Source: Acidiferrobacterales bacterium (GTDB lineage: Bacteria > Pseudomonadota > Gammaproteobacteria > Acidiferrobacterales > SPGG2). Taken from it: a stretch of DNA of 64,000 nt. Location: the NCBI GenBank assembly GCA_964194625.1, contig CAXMNC010000202.1:1050-65049 (forward strand). Reading direction: 5' to 3'. Below, one piece after another: positions 20,599 through 29,494 of this stretch. A program made the position numbers and the translations under genes. The notes below the pieces were generated by a model that saw only the letters and a program-made list of their open reading frames with translations, searched no databases and was not told the origin of the DNA. Numbering within the stretch: position 1 is the stretch's first letter; each line of letters opens with the position of its first letter.

Positions 20599-20631
20599 TC
20601 TATTGTTGACCCGCGCCGGGGTTACAATAGA
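20599..20631. promoter_or_regulatory. Inverted repeat in the divergent aminotransferase / MocR-regulator promoter region (candidate operator)
   Basis: tctattgt (20599-20606) and acaataga (20624-20631) are perfect 8-bp inverted repeats separated by 17 nt. They lie inside the 107-bp intergenic region. Confidence 0.3.
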
Positions 20632-20687
20632 CTCGTTCCCCCATGGCCGAGTAGAGCCAGTTCCGAGACTCGGATTAGACCAGCTCC

Positions 20688-22154
20688 ATGCGTGACCAAC
20701 TGCTGCATCTGTCGCCCGACAGCAACGCCAGTCTACAAGCCCAGATTCGCGAGTTACTGGTCTCAGCCATCCTAGATGGCCATATTCCTAGCGGTAGCGC
20801 GCTGCCCTCGTGTCGCAAACTGGCGGTGCAATTGGGGGTGGCACGAAACACGGTTGTTCTTGCCTATCAACAGCTTGTCGATGAGGGTTATTTGATCTCA
20901 CGCGAGCGTAGTGGTTATTACGTTGACAAAGACATTCTCGCGGGGCGAGTGGCGCACACCCCGCGTGCACAGATGCATACCGCTACTGCACCCGATTGGT
21001 CAGCTCGGTTAAAGATGAGGCCCTCGAGTCAGCGAAACATCGTCAAACCCCACGACTGGCAGCGATACACCTATGCGTTCATCTACGGCCAACTGGACCC
21101 GGTGTTGTTCCCGATTTCCGACTGGCGCGAATGTGCGCGCGAGGCGTTGAGTGTGGTGGCGATCCGCGACTGGGCACGTGATCGCATCGACATTGATGAT
21201 TCACTGTTGATCGAACAAATACATACGCGCCTTTTGCCTCGACGCGGGGTGTGGGCGTCGCCCGATGAGATTCTCATCACGGTAGGCGCTCAACACGCCC
21301 TTTATCTATTGGCCACACTGTTGGTCACGAGTGGGAGTACGGTCGGCATCGAAGACCCCGGTTACCCGGATGCGCGCAATATCTTCGCTGTCAAGACATC
21401 GCGAATGGTAGGACTACCGGTTGATGAGGCCGGCCTGATCGTAAACAAGAATCTCGACCAATGTGACTACATCTATGTCACCCCAAGCCATCAGTCCCCC
21501 ACCACCGTGACGCAGTCGCTACAGCGTCGCCAATTACTTCTCCGTCACGCGGTAGACCGAGATTTTGTCGTTATCGAAGATGACTACGAGTGTGAAACTA
21601 ACTTTGTTGGTGATCCGACGCCGGCGTTGAAGAGTCTTGATGAAAACAACCGTGTCATCTATGTCGGCAGCGTCTCCAAGACCTTGGCGCCCGGGCTACG
21701 TCTCGGTTATATGGTCGCACCGCCTGAACTTATACGAGAAGCGCGCGCGCTTCGTCGACTGATGTTGCGCCACCCGCCGGCCAACAATCAGCGTGCGGTG
21801 GCGTTATTCCTGGCCCGAGGACATCATGATTCACTCGTACGCCGCTTGAGCCACGCATACAGAGACCGATGGCAAGTCATGGGAGGGGCGCTTGCCCGCT
21901 ATTTGCCAGACTCCACGCGGGTCCCAACATTCGGCGGTACCTCGTACTGGATCAGAGGCCCAGCTGAATTGAACGCGGATCATCTACAACAACAAGCGCT
22001 GGCCCACGGCATCCTCATCGAACCTGGACAGGTCCATTTCATGTCGGACAATCCGCCCGTAAACTACTTTCGCCTTGGTTTTTCTTCGATACCGGCCGAT
22101 CGCATCGAGCCCGGTATACGCAAGCTCTCGAACTTGATCCACCAGCTGATATAA
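20688..22154 (+). CDS. MocR-subfamily GntR regulator (wHTH + aminotransferase-like domain), TauR-like by context
   Basis: N-terminal GntR HTH (LPSCRKLAVQLGVARNTVVLAYQQLVDEGYL) plus a fold-type-I PLP domain with SVSKTLAPGLRLGY. It is divergent from the aminotransferase and upstream of ald-xsc. Confidence 0.85.
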   Translation: MRDQLLHLSPDSNASLQAQIRELLVSAILDGHIPSGSALPSCRKLAVQLGVARNTVVLAYQQLVDEGYLISRERSGYYVDKDILAGRVAHTPRAQMHTATAPDWSARLKMRPSSQRNIVKPHDWQRYTYAFIYGQLDPVLFPISDWRECAREALSVVAIRDWARDRIDIDDSLLIEQIHTRLLPRRGVWASPDEILITVGAQHALYLLATLLVTSGSTVGIEDPGYPDARNIFAVKTSRMVGLPVDEAGLIVNKNLDQCDYIYVTPSHQSPTTVTQSLQRRQLLLRHAVDRDFVVIEDDYECETNFVGDPTPALKSLDENNRVIYVGSVSKTLAPGLRLGYMVAPPELIREARALRRLMLRHPPANNQRAVALFLARGHHDSLVRRLSHAYRDRWQVMGGALARYLPDSTRVPTFGGTSYWIRGPAELNADHLQQQALAHGILIEPGQVHFMSDNPPVNYFRLGFSSIPADRIEPGIRKLSNLIHQLI

Positions 22155-22305
22155 GAGCGAGCGCTCATCGAACGGAACCAGCATGGGCGTCTTGGCGCTG
22201 CCCTAGCCTGGCATAGACGAAATATCACTACTGGTACTATACGCTCCGCCAAGCGGATCCTAGATTAGTCGGTTAAAAATCAGACGTGTCCCTAGGAGAG
22301 CCCAG

Positions 22306-23424
22306 ATGTTAATCGGCGTACCCAAAGAGATAAAAGTGCACGAGTATCGCGTGGGCCTGGTACCGAGCAGCGTGCTCGAGGTGGTTGCTCATGGTCATAG
22401 TGTAATCGTCGAGACTGCGGCCGGCGCCGGAATTGGCGTTAGCGATGCCGACTACGAGGCGGCCGGCGCTATCATCACGGTGAGGGCCGAGGAAGTTTTC
22501 CAAAAAGCGGAGATGATCGTTAAGGTCAAAGAGCCACTGGCCGAAGAACGGGCGCGTCTGCGAGATGGGCAGGTGCTGTTCACCTATCTGCACCTCGCGC
22601 CGGACCCAGATCAAACGGAGGATCTCGTAAAAAGTGGTGCCACTTGTATTGCCTACGAGACGGTGACCTCGCCGCACGGCGGGCTGCCGTTGCTGGCGCC
22701 GATGTCCGAAGTCGCTGGCCGCATGTCTATCCAGGCGGGTGCCTACTGCCTTGAAAAGGCCCACGGTGGCCTGGGCGTACTACTTGGCGGTGTGCCAGGC
22801 GTGGATCCAGCCAAGGTGGTGGTTTTGGGTGGCGGCGTTGTCGGCACCCACGCCATTCATATTGCGCTGGGTATGGGTGCCGATGTTTGGGTTCTCGACC
22901 GTTCGATGGATGCCTTACGGGCCTTGTGGCGCCAATTCGGCCGACCGCTAAATACCGTGTACTCCACCCGCGCCGCGGTCGCGCGTCACGTACTCGGGGC
23001 TGACCTCGTAATCGGTGGTGTCCTCATAGCAGGGGCAGAAACGCCGAAGTTGGTGACGGCAGAAATGGTCAAGCAGATGAAACCCGGCGCAGTCGTTGTT
23101 GACGTCGCCATTGACCAGGGAGGTTGCTTCGAGACGTCTCGTCCCACCACCCATGCCGAGCCGACTTACGCCGTCGACGAGGTAATTCACTATTGTGTTG
23201 CCAATATGCCGGGTGGTGTACCACGCACATCCACCTTCGCCCTAAACAACGTCACGCTACCGCACGTACTTGCTTTGGCGGACAAAGGATATAAGAAGGC
23301 CTTTCAGGATGATCCACATCTGCTAGCCGGGCTCAATGTACACAAGGGCGACGTTACCTACGAACAAGTAGCGAATGCGCTGGGGTATCCCTATCGTGAC
23401 CCGTTAGACGCGTTAGCTGCCTAA
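22306..23424 (+). CDS. ald: Alanine dehydrogenase
   Basis: MLIGVPKEIKVHEYRVGLVP..., NAD motif VVVLGGGVVGTHA, and typical length (372 aa). Confidence 0.9.
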   Translation: MLIGVPKEIKVHEYRVGLVPSSVLEVVAHGHSVIVETAAGAGIGVSDADYEAAGAIITVRAEEVFQKAEMIVKVKEPLAEERARLRDGQVLFTYLHLAPDPDQTEDLVKSGATCIAYETVTSPHGGLPLLAPMSEVAGRMSIQAGAYCLEKAHGGLGVLLGGVPGVDPAKVVVLGGGVVGTHAIHIALGMGADVWVLDRSMDALRALWRQFGRPLNTVYSTRAAVARHVLGADLVIGGVLIAGAETPKLVTAEMVKQMKPGAVVVDVAIDQGGCFETSRPTTHAEPTYAVDEVIHYCVANMPGGVPRTSTFALNNVTLPHVLALADKGYKKAFQDDPHLLAGLNVHKGDVTYEQVANALGYPYRDPLDALAA

Positions 23425-23481
23425 CACAGCAGCTATCTCGTACGCAAATAATTGTCAATTCGATTTTGTTGAGGAAAAATT

Positions 23482-25236
23482 ATGGCACGCATGACACCAA
23501 GCGAAGCGTTTGTTGAAACGCTAGTGGCCCACGGCGTTACCAATATGTTCGGTATCGTCGGATCGGCCTATATGGATGCGCTTGATGTTTTCCCGGCCGC
23601 GGGCATCCGCTTTATCCCCACCGTGCATGAGCAGGGAGCGGCCCACATGGCGGACGGTTATGCCCGCGTTAGCGGTCGACATGGCGTATGCATAGGTCAG
23701 AACGGACCAGGCATCACCAACTTCGTCACCGCCATCGCCGCTGCGTATTGGGCCCACACACCGGTGGTAGCGATTACGCCGGAAACGGGCTCCACCACTA
23801 TAGGGCTAGGCGGATTCCAGGAGACCAATCAACTTCCTATTTTTTCGCCTATCACCAAGTATCAAGGACATGTCACTGGGCCTGGCCGCTTGGCCGAGTT
23901 TACGGCGCGTTGTTTCGATATGGCGATGGCCGAACGCGGACCGACGCAGCTAAATATCCCGCGCGATTTCTTTTACGGAGATATCGACGTAGATATCCCG
24001 CAACCTCAGCGGCTTGAACTAGGCGCCGGTGGCGCGCAGAGCCTAGACGAAGCGGCGCAGCTTCTGGCAAGTGCCAAGTTTCCGGTTATCGTTTCTGGTG
24101 GTGGCGTCATCATGGCCGGTGGCGTAGACCAATGCGTGGCGCTGGCCGACTATCTAGGTGCCCCAGTGGTCAACAGTTATCTGCATAACGATTCTTTCCC
24201 GGCCAATCATCCGCTTTGGTGTGGGCCGCTCGGATATCAGGGTTCGAAAGCGGGCATGAAACTGATTCAACAAGCCGATGTGGTGTTGGCGTTGGGCACA
24301 CGCTTAGGGCCCTTCGGCACCCTGCCCCAGCACGGCCTCGATTATTGGCCAAAGAATGCCAAGATCGTTCAGGTCGATTCTGATCACAAAATGCTGGGCC
24401 TGGTGAAGCAAATTTCGGTTGGGGTCTGTGGTGACGCCAAGGCCGCCGCCGCGGCAATCCTCGACCGTTTACAGACCAAGAAGCTTGCCAGCGAAGACAA
24501 CAAGCAAGAGCGACTGGCTGAAATCAAGCGTCAAAAAGAGGCTTGGGAATCTGAACTCGATGCTTGGACGGAAGAGGTCGATGAGTGGAGCCAGCGAGTG
24601 GCGAAGGAAGATGCCGGTCTACTTCATCCGCGACAAGTGCTGAGGGAGCTGGAAAAGGCCATGCCCAATGACGCTATGGTGTCTACCGATATCGGCAATA
24701 TCTGTTCGGTGTCTAACAGTTACCTGCGATTCAATAAACCGAATAGCTTTTTCGCCGCAATGAGTTTTGGCAATTGTGGCTATGCGTTTCCGACAATTAT
24801 CGGTACCAAGGTGGCGGCACCAGACCGGCCGGCCATCGCCTATGTCGGTGACGGTGCCTGGGCCATGAGCATGGGTGAAATTCTCACTTGTGTGCGAGAA
24901 GAAATCCCAGTAACGCCAATCGTGTTTAACAATCGTCAGTGGGGCGCCGAAAAGAAGAATCAGGTGGACTTCTACGCCAGACGCTTCGAGGGTGTGAATC
25001 TCAAGAACCCAAGCTTCGCCGAGATTGCCATCGCCATGGGCGCTCAGGGAGTAACAGTGGAGAAGCTCGAAGAGGTTGGGCCCGCGTTACAGGAGGCTTG
25101 CGCAGATCAGAAGGCCGGCAAGACTACGATCGTCGAAGTAATGTGCACCCGTGAACTCGGTGATCCGTTCCGGCGCGATGCGTTGAAAAAACCAGTACGC
25201 TTACTCGACAAGTACAAGACCTACACGGTCAACTAA
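23482..25236 (+). CDS. xsc: Sulfoacetaldehyde acetyltransferase (ThDP-dependent)
   Basis: 584 aa with an Xsc-like N-terminus MARMTPSEAFVETLVAHGVTNMFGIVGSAYMDA and the ThDP motif GDGAWAMSMGEILTCVREEIPVTPIVFNN. Ald, an omega-transaminase and a short Pta lie nearby. Confidence 0.8.
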   Translation: MARMTPSEAFVETLVAHGVTNMFGIVGSAYMDALDVFPAAGIRFIPTVHEQGAAHMADGYARVSGRHGVCIGQNGPGITNFVTAIAAAYWAHTPVVAITPETGSTTIGLGGFQETNQLPIFSPITKYQGHVTGPGRLAEFTARCFDMAMAERGPTQLNIPRDFFYGDIDVDIPQPQRLELGAGGAQSLDEAAQLLASAKFPVIVSGGGVIMAGGVDQCVALADYLGAPVVNSYLHNDSFPANHPLWCGPLGYQGSKAGMKLIQQADVVLALGTRLGPFGTLPQHGLDYWPKNAKIVQVDSDHKMLGLVKQISVGVCGDAKAAAAAILDRLQTKKLASEDNKQERLAEIKRQKEAWESELDAWTEEVDEWSQRVAKEDAGLLHPRQVLRELEKAMPNDAMVSTDIGNICSVSNSYLRFNKPNSFFAAMSFGNCGYAFPTIIGTKVAAPDRPAIAYVGDGAWAMSMGEILTCVREEIPVTPIVFNNRQWGAEKKNQVDFYARRFEGVNLKNPSFAEIAIAMGAQGVTVEKLEEVGPALQEACADQKAGKTTIVEVMCTRELGDPFRRDALKKPVRLLDKYKTYTVN

Positions 25237-25316
25237 GTCCCGCTGCCGGCTTATACTCGGTCGCAGTCACCCTGGCTGCGGTCGGGTTAGCGCCTTCTTG
25301 CTTGCTCATGATCCAA

Positions 25317-26924
25317 CTAATGAGCACGAACATCCTGCAAGATCATGTCCGCGGCCTTCTCCGCAATCATTACTACCGGCGCGTGTGTATTGCCCGAAAC
25401 CAGTGTCGGCATAATCGAACAGTCGGCCACACGCAAGCCGCCCAATCCGTGAACACGTAATCTATCGTCGACAACCGCCGCCGGATCAAATCCCATTTTG
25501 CAGGTGCCGCTGGGGTGGAAAATCGTGACCCCGGTATTGCGTGCAAACTCAAGCAAGGCGTCATCCGATTGTGCGTCGTGGCCTGGCATATATTCGTTAA
25601 CAACATAAGACTGCAGTGCTGGTGAGGCAGCGATGTTCCGCGCGACCTTGAGCCCCGTCACCACGATTTTGCGATCGATCTCCGCCGACAAATAATTTGG
25701 CTGCATGGCCGGCGCATCAAACGGATTGCGCGATTTAATCATCACCGTGCCACGACTCTCCGGTCGCAGTTGAGACACGGACGATGTAAATCCTGAAAAA
25801 TCATGCAATGGCGCCCCCGGCATGTCGGCAGAAAGCGCCGCGAAATGAAATTGGATATCAGGGGTAGCAACATCAGGGTGTGTGCGCACGAACGCGCCTG
25901 CCTGATTAATGCCGATAGACAACGGACCGCGGCGGAATAATGCGTATTTCAGCCCCATCTTAAACTTACGAAATATGCTGCGCATATCGTCATTGGTGGT
26001 AATCGGCCTGGCACACCGGTGAATGACGCGTATTTGCAGGTGGTCCTGTAGATTCTGACCCACACCAGGCAGATGGTGTAGGACTGAAATGTCGTGACCC
26101 TCTAGGAACTGCGCCTGACCGATTCCTGAAAGTTGCAAAATCTGAGGACTCTGGATGGCGCCGGCACAGAGTATTACTTCGCCATGCGCTTGTGCCCGGT
26201 GTTCGCGGCCGTGTTGGCGGTAGGTGATACCGGTCGCGCGCTTACCGTCGAAAAGAATCTGCGTCGCCAGTGCGTCTGTCTCAACTCGCAGATTCGGCCG
26301 TTTGTATGCCGGCCTCAGGTAACCAACCGCCGTGCTCGACCGCCGCCCACGCCATGTCGTCAATTGATAGTAACCGACGCCTTCTTGGGTTTGGCCGTTG
26401 AAGTCGTAGTTGCGTGGAATGCCGGCCTGTTCGGCCGCGGCAATAAATGCCTCGGCCAGTTCATGCGGTTCGCCAACGTCTGACACACCGAGTTCACCGT
26501 TGGCGCCGTGGAACTCATCGGCACCACGCTGATTGCGTTCACTCTTAATGAAATACGGCAATACATCCTGCCAACCCCAACCGAGATTTCCGAGCTGTCG
26601 CCATCGCTCATAGTCTTGCGGCTGACCACGGATAAAGATCAGGCCATTGATTGCACTTGAGCCGCCGAGGACTTTGCCGCGCGGCCAGTAGACTTTGCGA
26701 TTATTCATACCTGGATCTGGCTCGGTGTAGAAACACCAGTTGTATTTGGGATTGAACATGGTCTTGCCATAACCAATGGGAATGTGAATCCACGGATACC
26801 TGTCGACGGGGCCTGCCTCGAGCAATAACACCCGGTGTTTACCGTTCGCACTCAGACGATTGGCGAGCACACAACCAGCGGAGCCGGCACCAACAATGAT
26901 GTAATCGAAATCAGTTGCGGTCAT
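25317..26924 (-). CDS. GMC-family FAD oxidoreductase (choline/alcohol dehydrogenase-like)
   Basis: FAD motif DYIIVGAGSAGCVLANRLS, GMC signature GGSSAINGLIFIRG, and C-terminal active-site region IFHPSGTCKMG. Confidence 0.85.
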   Translation of the reverse strand: MTATDFDYIIVGAGSAGCVLANRLSANGKHRVLLLEAGPVDRYPWIHIPIGYGKTMFNPKYNWCFYTEPDPGMNNRKVYWPRGKVLGGSSAINGLIFIRGQPQDYERWRQLGNLGWGWQDVLPYFIKSERNQRGADEFHGANGELGVSDVGEPHELAEAFIAAAEQAGIPRNYDFNGQTQEGVGYYQLTTWRGRRSSTAVGYLRPAYKRPNLRVETDALATQILFDGKRATGITYRQHGREHRAQAHGEVILCAGAIQSPQILQLSGIGQAQFLEGHDISVLHHLPGVGQNLQDHLQIRVIHRCARPITTNDDMRSIFRKFKMGLKYALFRRGPLSIGINQAGAFVRTHPDVATPDIQFHFAALSADMPGAPLHDFSGFTSSVSQLRPESRGTVMIKSRNPFDAPAMQPNYLSAEIDRKIVVTGLKVARNIAASPALQSYVVNEYMPGHDAQSDDALLEFARNTGVTIFHPSGTCKMGFDPAAVVDDRLRVHGLGGLRVADCSIMPTLVSGNTHAPVVMIAEKAADMILQDVRAH

Positions 26925-27050
26925 GAAAACTAAACGTGCAAGGTGGTGTGTCGATTATAGAAGGCGTTCGGGCAAGTTTGCCTAGCTGTAACCGCTTCTA
27001 TATGCTTCAACCACTATGAACTCTGCATCTCGCTATCTTCTTCGATTCCT

Positions 27051-27986
27051 TTGGCAACAACAAGCATGCTAAGCCAGAGACCGTTTGTGTGTCCGCCGGA
27101 GCTGTTGAAAAAAGCACAGACTTCACATCCCGTGGCGACCGCCATCGCCGGTGCTGCCAGCCCACTGCCAATGGAAAGCGCACGACGCTCAGCTGAAGCT
27201 GGATTGATTGAGCCCATCCTTGTAGGCAATCAAGAATCGATTGAGGCAATCGCCGAGGAAATGAGTTGGGATGTGTCGAACTTGCGCATCGTCTCTGCCG
27301 ATGGGGAAACAGTGGCGGCGGAAACGGCGGTGGCGCTGGCGCGTAGTGGCGAGGCGGCGGCGGTGATGAAAGGACAAGTACACACCGACGTGCTCATGCG
27401 TGCTGTGTTTAATCGTGACACCGGGTTGCGTGTAGGTCGACGTATTAGTCATGTATTCCACATGACTATCCCCGAGCGCACCGGTTCATTACTGATCACC
27501 GACGCGGCCGTGAATGTTAGTCCCGACGTGGCAACCAAGCTTGATATCATTCGAAACGCGGTCGATGTGCTACACGCGCTGGGCAATACCAAGCCCAAGG
27601 TTGCAATCCTCTCGGCGACGGAACAGGCAAACGAATCCGTGCCATCGAGTGTTGCAGCGGCGGAAGTCAGTCGGCTCGCGCGAGACCAAATTAGCGACGC
27701 GCTCATCGATGGGCCATTCGCATTTGACAATGCGATTTCACCAGAGGCTGCCGCCATTAAAGGGATCAATAGCCCGGTTGCTGGGCAAGCCGATATGTTG
27801 TTGGTTCCGAACATCGAGACCGGCAACACCCTGTATAAATCTATGGTCTTTTTGATGAGTGCCACCGCGGCTGGGATTGTGGTCGGCACACGCGTACCGG
27901 TTATCTTGACTTCACGCGCCGACCCGCCTGAGGCGCGCCTTGCTTCGGCGGCATTGGCCACGATTGTGTCACGATATCAGGGATAA
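27051..27986 (+). CDS. pta: Phosphate acetyltransferase (short PTA_PTB type)
   Basis: 311 aa. HVFHMTIP, DAAVNVSPD and LLVPNIETGNTLYKS are phosphate acetyl/butyryl transferase motifs. TTG 27051 or ATG 27066 are both possible starts. Confidence 0.8.
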   Translation: MATTSMLSQRPFVCPPELLKKAQTSHPVATAIAGAASPLPMESARRSAEAGLIEPILVGNQESIEAIAEEMSWDVSNLRIVSADGETVAAETAVALARSGEAAAVMKGQVHTDVLMRAVFNRDTGLRVGRRISHVFHMTIPERTGSLLITDAAVNVSPDVATKLDIIRNAVDVLHALGNTKPKVAILSATEQANESVPSSVAAAEVSRLARDQISDALIDGPFAFDNAISPEAAAIKGINSPVAGQADMLLVPNIETGNTLYKSMVFLMSATAAGIVVGTRVPVILTSRADPPEARLASAALATIVSRYQG

Positions 27987-28179
27987 TATCGTAAAGTCGC
28001 CTGTCTTATCGACGCAGTCGATGTGGCAGCCTACTTCGGGGTCGCTGTGCGGCGCCAAAAATAATTCTAAGGCCCTAATCTAGTTTCCTAGTGCAATGGT
28101 TACTCGGTGTCGCTAGGATACCTACAATTCCGTTTCAGGTATTGAAGTACCAAAGTATTAGAAACAGACCACGCCCCTT

Positions 28180-29457
28180 ATGTTTGGAACGATTGCCAGA
28201 TTACGCTTAGCTATTGCCGCGGTTGGATTGATAAAACGGGTCGCACCATCCGCTATATCGCATGCTTTCAGCAAATGCATCAAAGAACTAGAGATCCATC
28301 GTAAACATGTGGCTGCCGTTCGGCGCGGTCGTAAACTTGTCAACCGCAAGCCTCTAAAGCTAGAGCTAGGTGGCGGCATCAAACCGAAACCAGGCTGGAT
28401 CAATATCGACCTGAGATCTGCCGACGGGCTCACCCTGGATCTACGGCAGCCCCTACCTTTTCCCGACGAGAGTGTCGCCGAGATCTATAGCGAGCATGCA
28501 CTAGAGTGCCTTGCGTATCCCGGCGACCTCGCACAATTGCTTGTAGAATGTCATCGAGTACTGATGGTGGGCGGTAAATTCACCGCCGGCGTGCCAGACG
28601 CCGGCAACGCGTTTAAGGCCTACGCAGCAGGACCTGCTGCGTTCTACGCCAGTAAGGATTGGGCCAATGTTAGGCCCGGGTCTGTTCGCTGTCCCATGGA
28701 TGAGCTGAACTGGTTGATCTACCAGGGCGGCACCCATCACTACATGTTCGACGAACAAAACCTAAGGTTGCGACTCGAAGAAACAGGTTTTGTCGAGGTG
28801 AAAAAGCGAGACGCGACGGCGGCAGACAGCATTGGTCGCAGACACCAAACCCTGTATGTAGAGGCCCAGAAGTCCAACGACCTGATACCCGACATCGGCG
28901 CCATTCGCGCCAGACATACCCAAGCGTTGATTGATCAGATCTCGGCTGACGCAAGTATAGCGCCGGCCATCGTTGATCTCGCCACCGGCCAACGCTATGC
29001 CGTCCTGCGTTTGGCCATGTCGATATCGGGTGAATGGGGGGAGACTCTCCTGATTGGCCAAGAGATTGTGCCGATTCTGCCCCTGCTAGATTCATTCGAT
29101 ACACCAACAGGCAGGCAAACCTCGGTAATCGTTCGGCCAGACTCCAATCAACGTACACCGGCCACAGACACGGACGAAAGAATACGATATCAAGACTATC
29201 CGCCATTTCCTTACCAACGCGGGCAATTCAGGCGAATGCTAACCATCATCGACGACACTGCGGTAGATATTTTGACAAGTGCCAGCGAGTTACTAACTAG
29301 CGAAAAAGACGGTAGGATTTATGTCGTCGCTCCTGCCACAGGTGTTTTTGAAATTCCATCGGCATTCACCTGTCCTTATCAAGAGCTTCTTCCGGCCGAT
29401 GCCGGTGTGCTTTATGTCCTGAAACGTGCCATGCCGAGTTCTGGCAAAGTCGTGTAA
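28180..29457 (+). CDS. Two-part protein: N-terminal class I SAM-methyltransferase-like domain + ~200-aa C-terminal domain of unknown function
   Basis: KLELGGGIKPKPGWINIDL (motif I-like) and HRVLMVGGKFTAGVPD (Methyltransf_11/23-like). The C-terminal half has no motif I recognise. It ends 37 nt upstream of the carbamoyltransferase gene. Confidence 0.6.
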   Translation: MFGTIARLRLAIAAVGLIKRVAPSAISHAFSKCIKELEIHRKHVAAVRRGRKLVNRKPLKLELGGGIKPKPGWINIDLRSADGLTLDLRQPLPFPDESVAEIYSEHALECLAYPGDLAQLLVECHRVLMVGGKFTAGVPDAGNAFKAYAAGPAAFYASKDWANVRPGSVRCPMDELNWLIYQGGTHHYMFDEQNLRLRLEETGFVEVKKRDATAADSIGRRHQTLYVEAQKSNDLIPDIGAIRARHTQALIDQISADASIAPAIVDLATGQRYAVLRLAMSISGEWGETLLIGQEIVPILPLLDSFDTPTGRQTSVIVRPDSNQRTPATDTDERIRYQDYPPFPYQRGQFRRMLTIIDDTAVDILTSASELLTSEKDGRIYVVAPATGVFEIPSAFTCPYQELLPADAGVLYVLKRAMPSSGKVV

Positions 29458-29494
29458 CATCGTCGGTTCTCGACACTTCTCAAGTTCTGTGTAG

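Noticed and set aside
28073-28083. ccctaatctag at the left edge of the accessory patch versus ccctaatttag at 35788-35798 near the right edge, as possible att-like direct repeats.
   Set aside because: It is a 10/11 match. My rough estimate is that such a match is expected by chance about once in three comparisons of two ~200-bp regions. There is no integrase or tRNA to support it.
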